A DNA stretch of 64,000 bases from an uncultured Ruminococcus sp. (GCA_900553885.1 USFD01000001.1:35651-99650); one strand, 5' to 3'. Shown: positions 27,975-38,970, numbered from the stretch's first letter. Notes: generated by a model not told the origin, from the sequence alone. Numbers and translations are program-made.

Positions 27975-28433
27975 TTACCAGCTGCATCTTCCACAGTTCG
28001 TACACGGAATACAGCTTCTCTTTTTAATTTCAGCTTCCCAGGGCAGAATTTCCACGGAAGACGCTTCTGATTCAGGAATTATCCACTGCTGATCTCTCAC
28101 CTGAAAACAGATTTCCCCTTTGTCCATTCGGATCTGCACAGGATCAATATGAATGATTTCCGGATGCATGCAGTTCTGATAAAGGATCGGTGAAATTTCC
28201 GTTTCCCCGTTTCTGATCCGGAAGACATGAGAAGCAGTAATGATTACAAGTCCGCCGTCTTTTTCTTCCGTAATTCCCGGCGGCAGCACACATGGATACG
28301 GATACTCCATATCTACCCTTATCGTTCCCATCTCTGTCTGCCTTTCCACTGCTTTTCTTTCGTTTTCAGTCTTTCCGCTATCTGATAAATTTTCCTTTTC
28401 TTTCATTTTCTGAATTTCCTTTCGGCTTTTCAT
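27975..28433 (-). CDS. Hypothetical protein with a C-terminal CIPCTNCGRC motif
   Basis: It is a 152-aa ORF with a K/E-rich N-terminus. No family was recognised. Confidence 0.3.
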   Translation of the reverse strand: MKSRKEIQKMKEKENLSDSGKTENERKAVERQTEMGTIRVDMEYPYPCVLPPGITEEKDGGLVIITASHVFRIRNGETEISPILYQNCMHPEIIHIDPVQIRMDKGEICFQVRDQQWIIPESEASSVEILPWEAEIKKRSCIPCTNCGRCSW

Positions 28434-28776
28434 TGCTTTTCCCTATTATATCTTATTCACAATCTGATGTATAGAAGTCGTATACGGTTAAGCGGCTCTC
28501 CATATCCGCTTCACTGCAGCGTCTGACCCCTGACCAGATCTTATTTTCTCTGACTGGATTTATAAAATCTCCTTCCGGTCATACGTCCATCTCCCTCATA
28601 TTTTTCATCATACATGTTTATCCTGCCCATTACAAGATTTTTACCCCCGGCAGACGAATCCTCTCAATCGGTTTAATTTTTTCTTAATTAAATGCCGCAT
28701 AAGTTGAACCTGCCTGTACTTTCATATATAATCGAGAAATCAGGCTGAAAAAGCCGTAATTTAACCGGAGGTTTCC

Positions 28777-29304
28777 ATGAAATACCTGATTGATTTTGCC
28801 GTTCTGGCTCTTTTATATGTTTTTGTATTTTTCAGAAAATGGAAAATAAAAGGAACTGATGTACTGCTTGTCAACACACTGATGTACGTATATCTTTCTT
28901 TCGTGCTGTACTTTACCCTGATGCCTGTCATAACATCTGTCCCGCTTATTCTGAATCATTCCTATGTGCCTATGAATCTGGTACCGTTTATAGACGTTTC
29001 AGAAGGGAGAGGGGACTTTATAAGACAGGTAGTCCTGAATATCATTATGACTATCCCATTCGGGTTCCTGTTCCCTTTAACCCGGAATCGGACTGCTAAG
29101 TTTGGCCGGACCGTACTTTTCTGCTTTCTGATGAGCCTGGGCATCGAGGTGCTGCAGCCGCTGATCAATGATTTCAGATCTTCCGATATTACGGATCTGA
29201 TTACGAATGTAACCGGCGGAATCATCGGATACATCCTTTCCCTTATTTTCAGGCCGGTTACATTTAAAGTTCTGGACCATGTAAAAAAGAGGGCCTGCGC
29301 TTAA
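28777..29304 (+). CDS. VanZ-family membrane protein
   Basis: The N-terminus is multi-helical. The segments NIIMTIPFGFLFPL and GIEVLQPLINDFRSSDITDLITNVTGGIIGY fit VanZ-like proteins. Confidence 0.65.
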   Translation: MKYLIDFAVLALLYVFVFFRKWKIKGTDVLLVNTLMYVYLSFVLYFTLMPVITSVPLILNHSYVPMNLVPFIDVSEGRGDFIRQVVLNIIMTIPFGFLFPLTRNRTAKFGRTVLFCFLMSLGIEVLQPLINDFRSSDITDLITNVTGGIIGYILSLIFRPVTFKVLDHVKKRACA

Positions 29305-29345
29305 TATGTCAGACCCTCTTCCCCGCAGATATCCCCGGTTCTTTA

Positions 29346-30020
29346 TCATCCGGCGGTTTTCTCCCGGGCCGGCTCTCCTTCCAGTTTCCATCTCATCAGC
29401 AGCTTTCCCAGCTGTTTCGCAATCAGTCCCACCAGCAGCGCCGCCGCCACGGTTCCTTCTCTTACGCCCTGCAGACGGCCGGTAAATCCAAGCGACAGGA
29501 CACATGCGATCACAACAAGGGTTACGTCAAATCCGACTTTCATATATCCGAATTTGATCTTCGGAAGCACTTTGCAGATCGCCAGTACAACGCCCTCTCC
29601 GGCCAGCACAACCACGCCGGCCTTTACTTCCAGGCTGACGCCCACTGCCACCAGCAGGATTCCGATCAGACAGACAATCCACTGCTGCCAGTATGTAGTG
29701 CAGCGGACGCCCTGAACCGCCCACACGCCGAAATCCGTCAGATACCCGAAGAAAAATGCCACCGGCAGCTGCATCAGCTGGATCGGATGATAGTTTCTTC
29801 TTAATATCAGAATCTGCAGGAGAATAAATACACAGTGCATAACGATCGTAGCCGTTCCCACCGTCAGCGGCGTGAACAGGCTGACCACATAAGGTACACT
29901 TGAAATAGGGGATGTCCCCAGACTTGCTTTAATAGAAAAAGCCACACCAAAGGCCATAATGGAAAGGCCCGCAAGAAGAAGCAGATACCGCTTCGCAATA
30001 TAAACAGGTAATTTGTTCAA
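29346..30020 (-). CDS. YczE/YitT-like integral membrane protein
   Basis: It is a polytopic hydrophobic 224-aa protein with an SLGTSPISS motif. Confidence 0.4.
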   Translation of the reverse strand: MNKLPVYIAKRYLLLLAGLSIMAFGVAFSIKASLGTSPISSVPYVVSLFTPLTVGTATIVMHCVFILLQILILRRNYHPIQLMQLPVAFFFGYLTDFGVWAVQGVRCTTYWQQWIVCLIGILLVAVGVSLEVKAGVVVLAGEGVVLAICKVLPKIKFGYMKVGFDVTLVVIACVLSLGFTGRLQGVREGTVAAALLVGLIAKQLGKLLMRWKLEGEPAREKTAG

Positions 30021-30044
30021 TTTTCCTCATTCCTTTCATAAACA

Positions 30045-30080
30045 TGAACAAAGCCCGGCACCTGAGATGCCGGGCTTCTG
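30045..30080 (-). terminator. Rho-independent terminator downstream of the J-protein gene
   Basis: The hairpin agcccggcatctcaggtgccgggct is read on the minus strand. Confidence 0.4.
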
Positions 30081-30224
30081 ATGACGTTCTGTAATTTTCA
30101 ATCCTGTTATCTCTTGCTTATGATACCACGATTTTCTGAATTTCTCAAATTTCCCCTTCTGAGACATTTCATTTCCCAGGTCCTGTTTCGGACAGAGCTG
30201 CCGGTTCTGTCCGGCTGCTTCCGA

Positions 30225-31316
30225 TTACGCCGCGCTTGTACGGTGGATCTGCTCTCTCTTCAGAGCCTGCTCATACTCTCTTAATTTCTGCCGTGCTTCC
30301 GGTCCGATATTCTGAGGAATCTGGATCTCAATCACAGCGTACTGGTCTCCTCTTACAGAAGGATTGCTCATGGATACAACGCCTTTTCCTCTCAGGCGGA
30401 GTTTTGTTCCAGGCTGTGTACCTTCTTTAATCCTGCATACTACGTCTCCGTAAATAGTCCGTATTCTGGCTTCTCCGCCGAATACAGCTGTTGTATACGG
30501 AATTCTGACGGTTGTATAGATATCCATTCCTTCTCTGCGGAATCCCGGTTTCTCCTGCACGGTTACTTTCAGAAGCAGATCGCCCGGTTCTCCGCCGCCG
30601 CTTCCCGGCATGCCTTTTCCTCTCAGACGGATGGACTTGCCGGATTCAATTCCTGCCGGAATCTTAATATCCAGTGACTGTTCCTTTCCGTCAGAGCCTC
30701 TCAGATGAATCCGCTTTGTACCTCCAAGTACTGCCTCATCAAAGGTCACATCGATATCGGCATGAAGGTCTTCTCCCTTCATCTGAAATCCTCCGGAGCC
30801 ATATCCGCCAAAGCCGCTGCCTCTTGTGCCGCCGCTGTGAAAGCCGCTGTTCTGGAAACCGCTGCTCCAGAATCCGCCGGATGTACCGCCGGATGTTCTT
30901 CCGGAAGTGCTTCCGCTAAATCCGTTTCCGAATATATTACGAAGGAAGTCATCCATGTCTTCGCCGCCTTCAAAATGAAATTCCTGGTAGCTGCCGCCCG
31001 GCCCGTAAGACTGCCGGTAAGTTCTTCCGCCCTGTCCACCGAAGCCGCCATATCCGCCGCCGGCCTGAGGACCTCCTTCCTCAAATGCCGCATGGCCGAA
31101 CTGGTCATACAGTTTTCTCTTTTTATCATCACTTAATACGTTATACGCTTCTGTAACTTCTTTAAATTTTTCTTCCGCCTGCGGGTTGCCTGTATTACTG
31201 TCCGGATGGTACTTTTTTGCCAGTTTTCTGTAAGCTTTTTTTATGGCAGCGCCATCCGCTCCCCTGCTGACGCCCAGCACATCATAATAATCTCTTTTTG
31301 CGCTCATTTCATTCAC
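30225..31316 (-). CDS. J-domain chaperone (DnaJ/CbpA-like, no Zn-finger domain)
   Basis: The J-domain signature [31 protein letters not shown] is present. It is followed by a G/F-rich region and DnaJ C-terminal domains. No CxxCxGxG repeats were found. Confidence 0.75.
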   Translation of the reverse strand: MNEMSAKRDYYDVLGVSRGADGAAIKKAYRKLAKKYHPDSNTGNPQAEEKFKEVTEAYNVLSDDKKRKLYDQFGHAAFEEGGPQAGGGYGGFGGQGGRTYRQSYGPGGSYQEFHFEGGEDMDDFLRNIFGNGFSGSTSGRTSGGTSGGFWSSGFQNSGFHSGGTRGSGFGGYGSGGFQMKGEDLHADIDVTFDEAVLGGTKRIHLRGSDGKEQSLDIKIPAGIESGKSIRLRGKGMPGSGGGEPGDLLLKVTVQEKPGFRREGMDIYTTVRIPYTTAVFGGEARIRTIYGDVVCRIKEGTQPGTKLRLRGKGVVSMSNPSVRGDQYAVIEIQIPQNIGPEARQKLREYEQALKREQIHRTSAA

Positions 31317-31690
31317 CCTCCTTCACAGTCTCTGCCGAAGAAAAACGAGAAACCTGTCCGCGGCCTCTCGTTCCCTTCCTTTCTATATATGAATCACCAG
31401 ATCTGAATCTTTCAGTGTTCTATCTGTAATATAACACTTGAATTTTATCCTGTCAAGATCGGGATGTAAATAAGTTCTTTTTATTTTGTTGCAATTCCGT
31501 TAATTTTTCTTTTTCTTTTCTCTGACTCATTGACAGGGAAACCCAACTTCTATATACTTTTTTCTATCGGCTTTCTGAAGGATACCGCGGCCCGGCAGCC
31601 CCCGGACAGAGTTTACAGGAGACACCGGGCAGTCTTTTCAGCGCCGTATCGCACATCTGTCAACCATGTTTATGAAAAAGGAAGATACCA

Positions 31691-32266
31691 ATGAATTCAG
31701 AAAACAAAACAGAAAATAAAATTTTAACGATTCCCAACCTGCTCTCCCTGTTCCGGCTGATTCTTATCCCGGTAATTGTCTGGCTGTACTGGGTCCGGAA
31801 AGATTACTTTCCCGCCGGAGTCCTGCTGATTGTTTCCGGCCTGACTGATCTTGCGGACGGATACATTGCCCGGCGCTTTCATGCAGTCAGCAACGTAGGG
31901 AAAATCCTGGATCCCATAGCGGACAAGCTGACCCAGGCGGCTATGCTCTTCTGCCTGGTTACCCGCTTCCCGCTGATGGCGGCGCCTTTTGGCTTTCTTG
32001 TAATTAAAGAAATCTTTATCGGCACAACCGGTCTGCTGATGATCCGCAAAACAGGAAAAGTTGTGGGAGCGGACTTTCACGGCAAAGTGGCTACGACACT
32101 GCTCTACGCCATGATGATCCTTCACATTTTCTGGATCGATATCCCCTCCACTGTTTCCGCCGTGTCAATCCTGATCTGTCTGGTATCCATGGCCTTCACC
32201 CTGCTCACCTACGGATCAAGGAACATGCGGGTACTTCAGGGACAGGAAAAACTGGACGAAAAATAA
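31691..32266 (+). CDS. CDP-alcohol phosphatidyltransferase family protein
   Basis: The DG...AR......G...D...D motif appears as DLADGYIARRFHAVSNVGKILDPIADKL. The protein is membrane-embedded. Confidence 0.7.
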   Translation: MNSENKTENKILTIPNLLSLFRLILIPVIVWLYWVRKDYFPAGVLLIVSGLTDLADGYIARRFHAVSNVGKILDPIADKLTQAAMLFCLVTRFPLMAAPFGFLVIKEIFIGTTGLLMIRKTGKVVGADFHGKVATTLLYAMMILHIFWIDIPSTVSAVSILICLVSMAFTLLTYGSRNMRVLQGQEKLDEK

Positions 32267-32389
32267 ATCTGCCTCTTGACAACGGTGCTATACTATAGTT
32301 GTAGCAAAGAAATACACTTAACAAGACCTATTTGTTCGTACAAAGTGGAAGGCTGCTAAGCGTGATTCAGTGATTGGAGGAAAAGATAA

Positions 32390-32977
32390 ATGAATACTTT
32401 AAAAGCTGAAAAAAGAGACATGACAATTAAAGCCAAGAAACTTAGACGTGAAGGATTTGTTACGGGATGTATATTCGGCCGTGAACTGACAGAATCAATT
32501 CCGCTGCAAATGGAAAAAGCTTCGATCGAGCGTCTTCTGAAAACAGAAGGCAAGGGCGGACAGGTTATGCTGGAAGTAGACGGCAAGACATACGACGCAC
32601 TGATCAAGGAAATTGATTTTAACCCGCTCAAAGGTACCATTGACGAAGTTGATTTCCAGGCTCTGGTAAGCGGAGAGAAAGTTCACTCCACCGCAGAGAT
32701 TCATCTGCTCAACCATGAGAAACTGGAAGACGGAGTTGCACAGCAGATGCTCCACGAAGTATCCTTCAAGGCTCTTCCGTCTGCGCTGGTTGATAAAATC
32801 CAGATCGATATCGGAGATATGAAGCCTGGTGATACACTGAAAGTCAAGGATCTTGATATTGCCAAAGACAAGGACGTAGACCTTCTGACAGATCCGGAAG
32901 ATGTTGTCGTAACCATTACAGAGGTACACGCAGCTGCAGCAGAGGATGCTGACGAGGAAGAGGAAGCAGCCGAATAA
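32390..32977 (+). CDS. 50S ribosomal protein L25 / general stress protein Ctc
   Basis: The N-terminus LKAEKRDMTIKAKKLRREGFVTGCIFG and the full length of the protein are consistent with the L25/Ctc family. Confidence 0.8.
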   Translation: MNTLKAEKRDMTIKAKKLRREGFVTGCIFGRELTESIPLQMEKASIERLLKTEGKGGQVMLEVDGKTYDALIKEIDFNPLKGTIDEVDFQALVSGEKVHSTAEIHLLNHEKLEDGVAQQMLHEVSFKALPSALVDKIQIDIGDMKPGDTLKVKDLDIAKDKDVDLLTDPEDVVVTITEVHAAAAEDADEEEEAAE

Positions 32978-33042
32978 GGAGCAGATTCCTTTCATCCGGA
33001 ATTCTGAGGAGTCAGTTTTCCGGAATGTATTCCACATACAAT

Positions 33043-33086
33043 AAAAAAGGATTCAGAATCGTAAAAGGTTCTGAATCCTTTTTTAT
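33043..33086. terminator. Bidirectional Rho-independent terminator
   Basis: The sequence aaaaaaggattcagaa-tcgtaaaaggt-tctgaatcc-tttttt forms a stem flanked by an A-run on one side and a T-run on the other. Confidence 0.7.
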
Positions 33087-33186
33087 GCTTTATAATACAG
33101 ATAACAGGGTCCGGCCTTCCAGCCGGAACGCCGGACCCGCATTTCCACCCTTGTAAGAAAGCATCTTCTGTATCGGTTCGCTCCTT

Positions 33187-34584
33187 CTAGAACGGGCCGT
33201 ATCCGATTCCGTATGCGATCATTACCATCACAAATGCGCTGACTATAAATCCCAGATAAATCTTCCAGCAGAATTTCAGCCAGGAGCCGTAATCGACTCC
33301 GCACATAGACAGCTGGATCACTGCGCTGCCCGGCCAGAAGCTGTTTGTAATGCCATCGCCGTACTGATATGTCAGTACCAGTACCTGCTGGTTGATATTG
33401 AGGATCTTGCCCAGCGGCTGCAGGATCGGCATGACAATAACCGCCTTTCCGCTTCCCGATACAACCAGGAAATTAAAGAGAGTCACAAAGATAAATATGA
33501 TCAGAAGCGCAAGGATCGCGCTCTTATTCTGCAGAAGCTGCGCCATTCCATGCACAATGGTATCCATAATGCATGCCTGATTCATCAGCACGACTACTGA
33601 CTGGGCAAGTCCCACTGCAAACGCTGCGGCAAATACCCGGACCGCACCTTTACAGAAGAGCTGGCACGCCTCGCTGGGTCCGAACCGGGAAATCACCGAC
33701 AGCAGGATTCCCATAATTATATAGATCGCCGCAATCTGGGGGAAGGACCATCCCAGTCGGATGCAGCCGTATCCCTGAGCAATAATAATTCCCAGGAAGA
33801 CAAGAAGCCCCAGCACTTTTCTCACTGTCATTTCTTCCGCATCCGTCATCTGATCCCCTGCTTTCATATTCATATATTCATCCTTCATCAGGCTCAGTTC
33901 CGGATTTTTCTTGATTTTCCGGCAGTATGCGTAAAGTCCCGCCAGGCCGATCACGTAGAATACCACCAGTCCCGCAGAACGGAACCCGATTCCCGAAAAC
34001 AGCGGCAGCCCCACGATCTGCTGGGCCACTCCGGTGGTAAAGGTATTCATCAGTCCGGAAGTAAATCCCACCGTACTTCCCACAATCGCAAGTCCGGTTC
34101 CGACCATCCGGTCATATCCCAGCGCAAATCCGATGGTTACGGCAAGGGGATAAAACGGATATGCCGCTTCGCCGTATCCCAGTACGCCGAAGATCACAAA
34201 GATTGTATAGAAGATGCAGACCACGGAAAATTCTTTTCCCTTTGTCTTCTTCAGAATCGCGTTGATCCCGGCTCCGAAAGCTCCGCTAACCTCCAGAAGA
34301 TAAATCACTCCCGAACTGATAAAAAGCGTGCCCATAATCGTAGCGCCGTTTACGAATCCGGTATATACTGCTTCAAAATAATCCATGAATCCAATGGGAT
34401 TCTCATTTTCAACATAAGAAAATGTATCCGGATCAATTACGGTAATTCCCGCGCTGTCCTCGATCCTCTCATACATTCCGCTTGGTATTATGTAGGACAG
34501 CACTACAATAAACAGCATAATAACAAGAAGAATGATAAATACATGGGGCATGTGAAAGCCCTTTTTTACTGCTTTCTGTTTCAT
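33187..34584 (-). CDS. YfcC/DcuC-family transporter (putative amino-acid/peptide-derivative carrier)
   Basis: The N-terminus KKGFHMPHVFIILLVIMLFIVVLSYIIPSGMYER is typical of the YfcC family. It is translationally coupled (ATGA) to the upstream M20 gene. Confidence 0.65.
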   Translation of the reverse strand: MKQKAVKKGFHMPHVFIILLVIMLFIVVLSYIIPSGMYERIEDSAGITVIDPDTFSYVENENPIGFMDYFEAVYTGFVNGATIMGTLFISSGVIYLLEVSGAFGAGINAILKKTKGKEFSVVCIFYTIFVIFGVLGYGEAAYPFYPLAVTIGFALGYDRMVGTGLAIVGSTVGFTSGLMNTFTTGVAQQIVGLPLFSGIGFRSAGLVVFYVIGLAGLYAYCRKIKKNPELSLMKDEYMNMKAGDQMTDAEEMTVRKVLGLLVFLGIIIAQGYGCIRLGWSFPQIAAIYIIMGILLSVISRFGPSEACQLFCKGAVRVFAAAFAVGLAQSVVVLMNQACIMDTIVHGMAQLLQNKSAILALLIIFIFVTLFNFLVVSGSGKAVIVMPILQPLGKILNINQQVLVLTYQYGDGITNSFWPGSAVIQLSMCGVDYGSWLKFCWKIYLGFIVSAFVMVMIAYGIGYGPF

Positions 34585-35837
34585 TTTTTCTTCTCCCTCC
34601 CGTGGTCTCTCAGCCAGGATACCGCCACATTGGCGTGCACTGCCGCTCCCAGTGGCAGTACGGCTTCATCCAGCACCATTCTGGGGCTGTGAAGCGGAGC
34701 ATTTCCCGGCGCTCCTGCTCCGATAAATGCGAACATGCCCGGAACCTGTTCCGTCACATATCCGAAGTCCTCTGTTCCTGTCATGGGAGGAATCTGTTTC
34801 ACATTGTCCTCTCCCACAATTTCACTGATATAGGGCACTGCCTCCCGGCAGAACGTCCCGTCCGTCCAGGTACAGGGCGTATGGAAAACAGTCATTTCGT
34901 ATTCACCGTTCCATGCCTTTACATAATGATCCACCAGTTCCGGAATCCGCCGGGTCAGACGGGCTGCCGCCTCCACATCCTGGGTGCGCAGTCCGATATG
35001 AAGTTCCGCCTCATCCGGTATAATATTCACCGCAGTTCCTCCCTTCGCTACCCCGCAGGTCAGTGCCACGGTAGCGGCCGGATCTGCCTCCCGGGTCGCC
35101 AGAAGATTCACTGCCTGGTAAAGCTGATTCATAATCATCAGCGGATCCACGCAGAGCTGGGGCTGGGAACTGTGTCCCCCTTTGCCTTTTATCTTTACAA
35201 TAAACGTATCCAGGGAAGACGAGTTGACTCCTACCGAATATCCTACCTGGCCGGTGGGATCCACGGACTGCACGTGCAGGCCGAAGGCTACATCCGGTTT
35301 CGGGTTTTCCAGAGCCCCGTTTTCCACCAGGATACGGGCTCCCGCGCCGGTTTCCTCCCCGGGCTGGAACATCAGCTTCACTGTTCCTTCCAGCTCATCT
35401 TCCATTTCCTTTAAGATCTGTGCAGCTCCCAGCAGCATGGCCGCATGACTGTCATGGCCGCACATGTGGCTGTATCCGCTTTCCGAGCGGAAGTCCAGAT
35501 CATTTTCTTCCCGGAGAGGAAGGGCATCTATATCTGCACGCAGCAGGATACAGGGTTCTCCCTTCCCGATTACAGCGGTTACTCCTGTGGCCCGCTCCAT
35601 CCGGGGAAACCCTGCACTGATATAATCTTCTGTCATCTTCTCCGGCAGCGGTCCCCCGCAGGGCTGCCAGGAAATTCCCATCTGATCCAGCCGGCTGCAG
35701 ATATAGGCGGTAGTCTGAGGCACATCGGTTCCGATTTCCGGAATCTGATGCAGATATCTCCGGTCCTCTCTGATCTGCCCGAACAGTTCCTCCGCCCGTT
35801 TCTTTATCCTTCCGGCTGTCTTCTGCTCATTTTCCAT
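34581..35837 (-). CDS. M20-family amidohydrolase/peptidase (N-acyl-amino acid amidohydrolase-like)
   Basis: The metal-binding motif HMCGHDSHAAMLLGAAQIL is present. The start was set at the ATG with an aaggag RBS (MENEQKTAG). The longest ORF runs to 35879. Confidence 0.75.
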   Translation of the reverse strand: MENEQKTAGRIKKRAEELFGQIREDRRYLHQIPEIGTDVPQTTAYICSRLDQMGISWQPCGGPLPEKMTEDYISAGFPRMERATGVTAVIGKGEPCILLRADIDALPLREENDLDFRSESGYSHMCGHDSHAAMLLGAAQILKEMEDELEGTVKLMFQPGEETGAGARILVENGALENPKPDVAFGLHVQSVDPTGQVGYSVGVNSSSLDTFIVKIKGKGGHSSQPQLCVDPLMIMNQLYQAVNLLATREADPAATVALTCGVAKGGTAVNIIPDEAELHIGLRTQDVEAAARLTRRIPELVDHYVKAWNGEYEMTVFHTPCTWTDGTFCREAVPYISEIVGEDNVKQIPPMTGTEDFGYVTEQVPGMFAFIGAGAPGNAPLHSPRMVLDEAVLPLGAAVHANVAVSWLRDHGREKKK

Positions 35838-36144
35838 AATGATCTCCTTAAAATACAAAGAACTCCGAATTTCTGACATTCCACCTTCGGAGTTCTTTTT
35901 ATAATTATAACTGTTAATGAATAATTATTCTAATGTTATCACTTTCCCCGGAATTTATCAATGTTTCTGTTAAGATTTCGCAAAATTATGTAAAATTATG
36001 TCTGATATTCACAGCCCCGGATCTGATCCGGAATTTCTCTCCGAAAGTGAATCACATCCTGACAAATCGCTCTACTTCTGGTATGATTATAACATCGGCA
36101 TGTGAAATGCTGAGCCGTTTTAAACAAAAGGAGTGTGAAATATT

Positions 36145-37764
36145 ATGTCATCAGACAGACACTTATTTATGAATGGAAATATTTTTACCTCTGACAGCGA
36201 ACAGCCTTACGCGGATGCGATGGCCGTGGAAAACGGACGTATTCTCTGGATCGGAAAGCAGTCGGAAATACCGGACTCTCTCTCCTCCTGTTCTTCTGTC
36301 ACTGATCTGGGCGGCCGGAGAGTTATTCCCGGATTTATCGACGCCCATATGCATCCGGCCATGCTGGCAGACATGCGCAAACAGATTACGGTTATGCCTC
36401 CGGAGATCAATTCTATCGAAGAACTTGTGGCAGCCATAAAAAAGCGCCGGGAAACACAGACAGAAGGGGAATGGATCAGCGGCTGGGGCTATGACGAACA
36501 TGGCCTGAAGGAACAGCGCTCTCCAAACAGATACGACCTGGACCGGGGCTGCAGCGATTCGCCGGTCTATATGCTGCGCACCTGCGCCCATATCTGCTGC
36601 GTGAACAGTATGGCCCTGAAACTGGCAGGGATTGACCGGAACACACCGGATCCGCCGGGCGGTGAAATCGAGCGCGGTGAAGACGGAGAGCCTACCGGCG
36701 TACTCAAAGAAAATGCCCGCAGCCTTGTCTCTGTCCTGCTGCCCCCTGAGTCCCGGGAACAGAAAGTGCAGAATCTTCTGGAGCTGGGCGATCTGCTCAC
36801 TTCCCAGGGCATTACAGCCGTCTGCGATATGGGCAACCTGGACCACGAAGATAATCTGCCCATCTATGAGGCGGCAGCAGAAAAGGGCTTCCGCCAGCAT
36901 GTAGGCGTCTATTATATGTGGGATTTCTTTGCGGATGACAAAGACTTCCATATACCGCCGGAACTTCTGGACCGGAACCGTTCCATTTTCGCAGCAGGGC
37001 TGAAGCTGATCGGCGATGGCAGCGTCTCCGGGCGGACTGCCTGGATGAACCGGCCTTACCCCGGCACAGATGATGAATACGGCATTTCCGTATGCAGTGA
37101 TGATCTGGTGGAATCTGCCGTTTCCTTCTGTAAGAAAAACCACTGTCAGCTCTCCATGCACGCCATGGGCGGACGGGCAATCTCCCGGATGATCGACCGG
37201 GCCTGCCGGGAAGAAAAATGGACACCGGATGGCATCCCCTACGTCAGAATCGAACACGCCACAGATCCCTCCGACGACAGTCTGAAAAAGGCCGCCGGAC
37301 ATGGTATTTCTTTTGTGACACAGCCCATTTTCCTGTACGCCGAAAGCAAGAGCTATCTGTCCAATCTGGGGCAGGAATGGACCCGCCGGTGCTACCCCAT
37401 CCGCCATATTCTGGAGGGAGGCGTTGTACTTGGATTTTCTACAGATGCTCCGGCTACTTTCTGGGCCGTGCCTTCTGATCCCTTCCCGGGCATCAAACTG
37501 GCGGTAACCCGCACCGCGGCTGACGGCACCGACTGCGGCAGAGATCAGGCGGTAGACGCAGAAACCGCCGTAAAACTTTACACCGATGGAGCAGCACAGG
37601 CCGCAGGCTTCCCGGATATGGGAAAACTCATTCCCGGATATCGGGCGGACTTTGCAGTACTCAGTGATGATATTCTGCATATTTCTCCGGAAAAGATCGA
37701 TCAGATCCGGGTGGAGGAAACTTATATCAGCGGAGAATGTGTTTACCGCCGGAACGGAAAATAA
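36145..37764 (+). CDS. Amidohydrolase-family metal-dependent hydrolase (YtcJ-like, amidohydrolase_3)
   Basis: The pattern NGNIFTS..........NGRILWIG......RRVIPGFIDAHMHP is typical of this family. An aaaggag RBS is present. Confidence 0.75.
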   Translation: MSSDRHLFMNGNIFTSDSEQPYADAMAVENGRILWIGKQSEIPDSLSSCSSVTDLGGRRVIPGFIDAHMHPAMLADMRKQITVMPPEINSIEELVAAIKKRRETQTEGEWISGWGYDEHGLKEQRSPNRYDLDRGCSDSPVYMLRTCAHICCVNSMALKLAGIDRNTPDPPGGEIERGEDGEPTGVLKENARSLVSVLLPPESREQKVQNLLELGDLLTSQGITAVCDMGNLDHEDNLPIYEAAAEKGFRQHVGVYYMWDFFADDKDFHIPPELLDRNRSIFAAGLKLIGDGSVSGRTAWMNRPYPGTDDEYGISVCSDDLVESAVSFCKKNHCQLSMHAMGGRAISRMIDRACREEKWTPDGIPYVRIEHATDPSDDSLKKAAGHGISFVTQPIFLYAESKSYLSNLGQEWTRRCYPIRHILEGGVVLGFSTDAPATFWAVPSDPFPGIKLAVTRTAADGTDCGRDQAVDAETAVKLYTDGAAQAAGFPDMGKLIPGYRADFAVLSDDILHISPEKIDQIRVEETYISGECVYRRNGK

Positions 37765-37797
37765 ACATCGAATAATGAAAGAAAAGAGGAAAGATAT

Positions 37798-38892
37798 ATG
37801 TTTGAATTACCACGCTACAAAGAACCTGATTTTTCAGATTCCAGATTTGCCAACGCGCCGGACGCCGCATGGGAGGAAGTGACTATTGACGGCGTTGCCC
37901 CGGAAAACTATCACAGTACGTCCATGTATCCGGAGTATTTTAAGATAAACGGAACCTGGACCCTTGCCAGAGAAAGCCGGATGGACTCCAGTGTCGTCCT
38001 CCGGGACAGCGGAGAGCTGGATGTAGTGGAAAACCGCAACCTGAAAAAGGGAGACAAAGTCATCCTGGGACGTACCGAAAACGGGGAAGAAGGCATCTAT
38101 CTGCACAGCACCGGCTTCGAATCCCCGGAGGAAACAGAAAGTGATCAGTTTGTATTCCGCCAGGGCCGAAGCCGAGAGACCTCCTTCGCCCGGGACTATG
38201 ACCGTTTATTTGAGCTGCTCAGATATGAAAAAGAGCACGGAAACATTCTCTGGGTTATGGGACCTGCTTTCTCCTTTGACGCTGACGCCAGAAGAGCTAT
38301 GCAGGCCATGATAGAGCACGGATATGTGGACGGTCTTATGGCCGGAAACGCCCTGGCCACCCACGATCTGGAAGGCTCCATGTTCCACACAGCTCTGGGA
38401 CAGGATATCTACACGCAGAAATCCCATCCCAACGGCCACTACAATCATCTGGATGTCATCAACCGGGTACGCAGAAGCGGCTCCATCGCCCGGTTTGTGG
38501 AGGACTATAACATTGACAACGGAATCATGTACAGCTGTGTAAAAAACAATGTTCCTTTTGTTCTTACCGGTTCTATCCGAGATGACGGACCTCTGCCGGA
38601 GGTTATCGGAGACGCTTACGCGGGACAGACTGCAATGCGCGGCATGGTGAAGAAAGCCACCACCGTAATCTGCCTTGCCACCATGCTCCATACTATTGCT
38701 ACAGGAAACATGACTCCCTCCTACCGGGTACTGGAGGACGGCACAGTCCGTCCGGTCTTCCTCTACACCGTAGACGCAGACGAATTCGTGGTAAACAAAC
38801 TGCTGGACAGAGGCAGCCTGGCAGCCACAACAATTGTAACCAATGTACAGGACTTCATTATGATCGTAGCCAAAGGAGTGGGGATTCTGTAA
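37798..38892 (+). CDS. Conserved protein, possibly LOR/SDH-family (TIGR00300-like; ornithine cyclodeaminase-type)
   Basis: It is a 364-aa ORF with an RBS. The family assignment comes from recollection only. Confidence 0.3.
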   Translation: MFELPRYKEPDFSDSRFANAPDAAWEEVTIDGVAPENYHSTSMYPEYFKINGTWTLARESRMDSSVVLRDSGELDVVENRNLKKGDKVILGRTENGEEGIYLHSTGFESPEETESDQFVFRQGRSRETSFARDYDRLFELLRYEKEHGNILWVMGPAFSFDADARRAMQAMIEHGYVDGLMAGNALATHDLEGSMFHTALGQDIYTQKSHPNGHYNHLDVINRVRRSGSIARFVEDYNIDNGIMYSCVKNNVPFVLTGSIRDDGPLPEVIGDAYAGQTAMRGMVKKATTVICLATMLHTIATGNMTPSYRVLEDGTVRPVFLYTVDADEFVVNKLLDRGSLAATTIVTNVQDFIMIVAKGVGIL

Positions 38893-38970
38893 TCTGCGGC
38901 TGACGGAGGCTGAGATCCGGAGATCGGCCGAAACCACCGGGATACCGGGAATGGGAGACGTATTCCGGGG

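Noticed and set aside
36163-37680. 505-aa antisense ORF inside the amidohydrolase gene, and similar long antisense ORFs at 41876-43105, 48428-49630, 34602-35414 and 45115-45879
   Set aside because: These are GC-rich antisense frames fully nested in well-supported genes (amidohydrolase, cls, dnaE, M20, pfkA). Their translations are low-complexity (R/P/G/H-rich) with no motifs, so I treat them as spurious.
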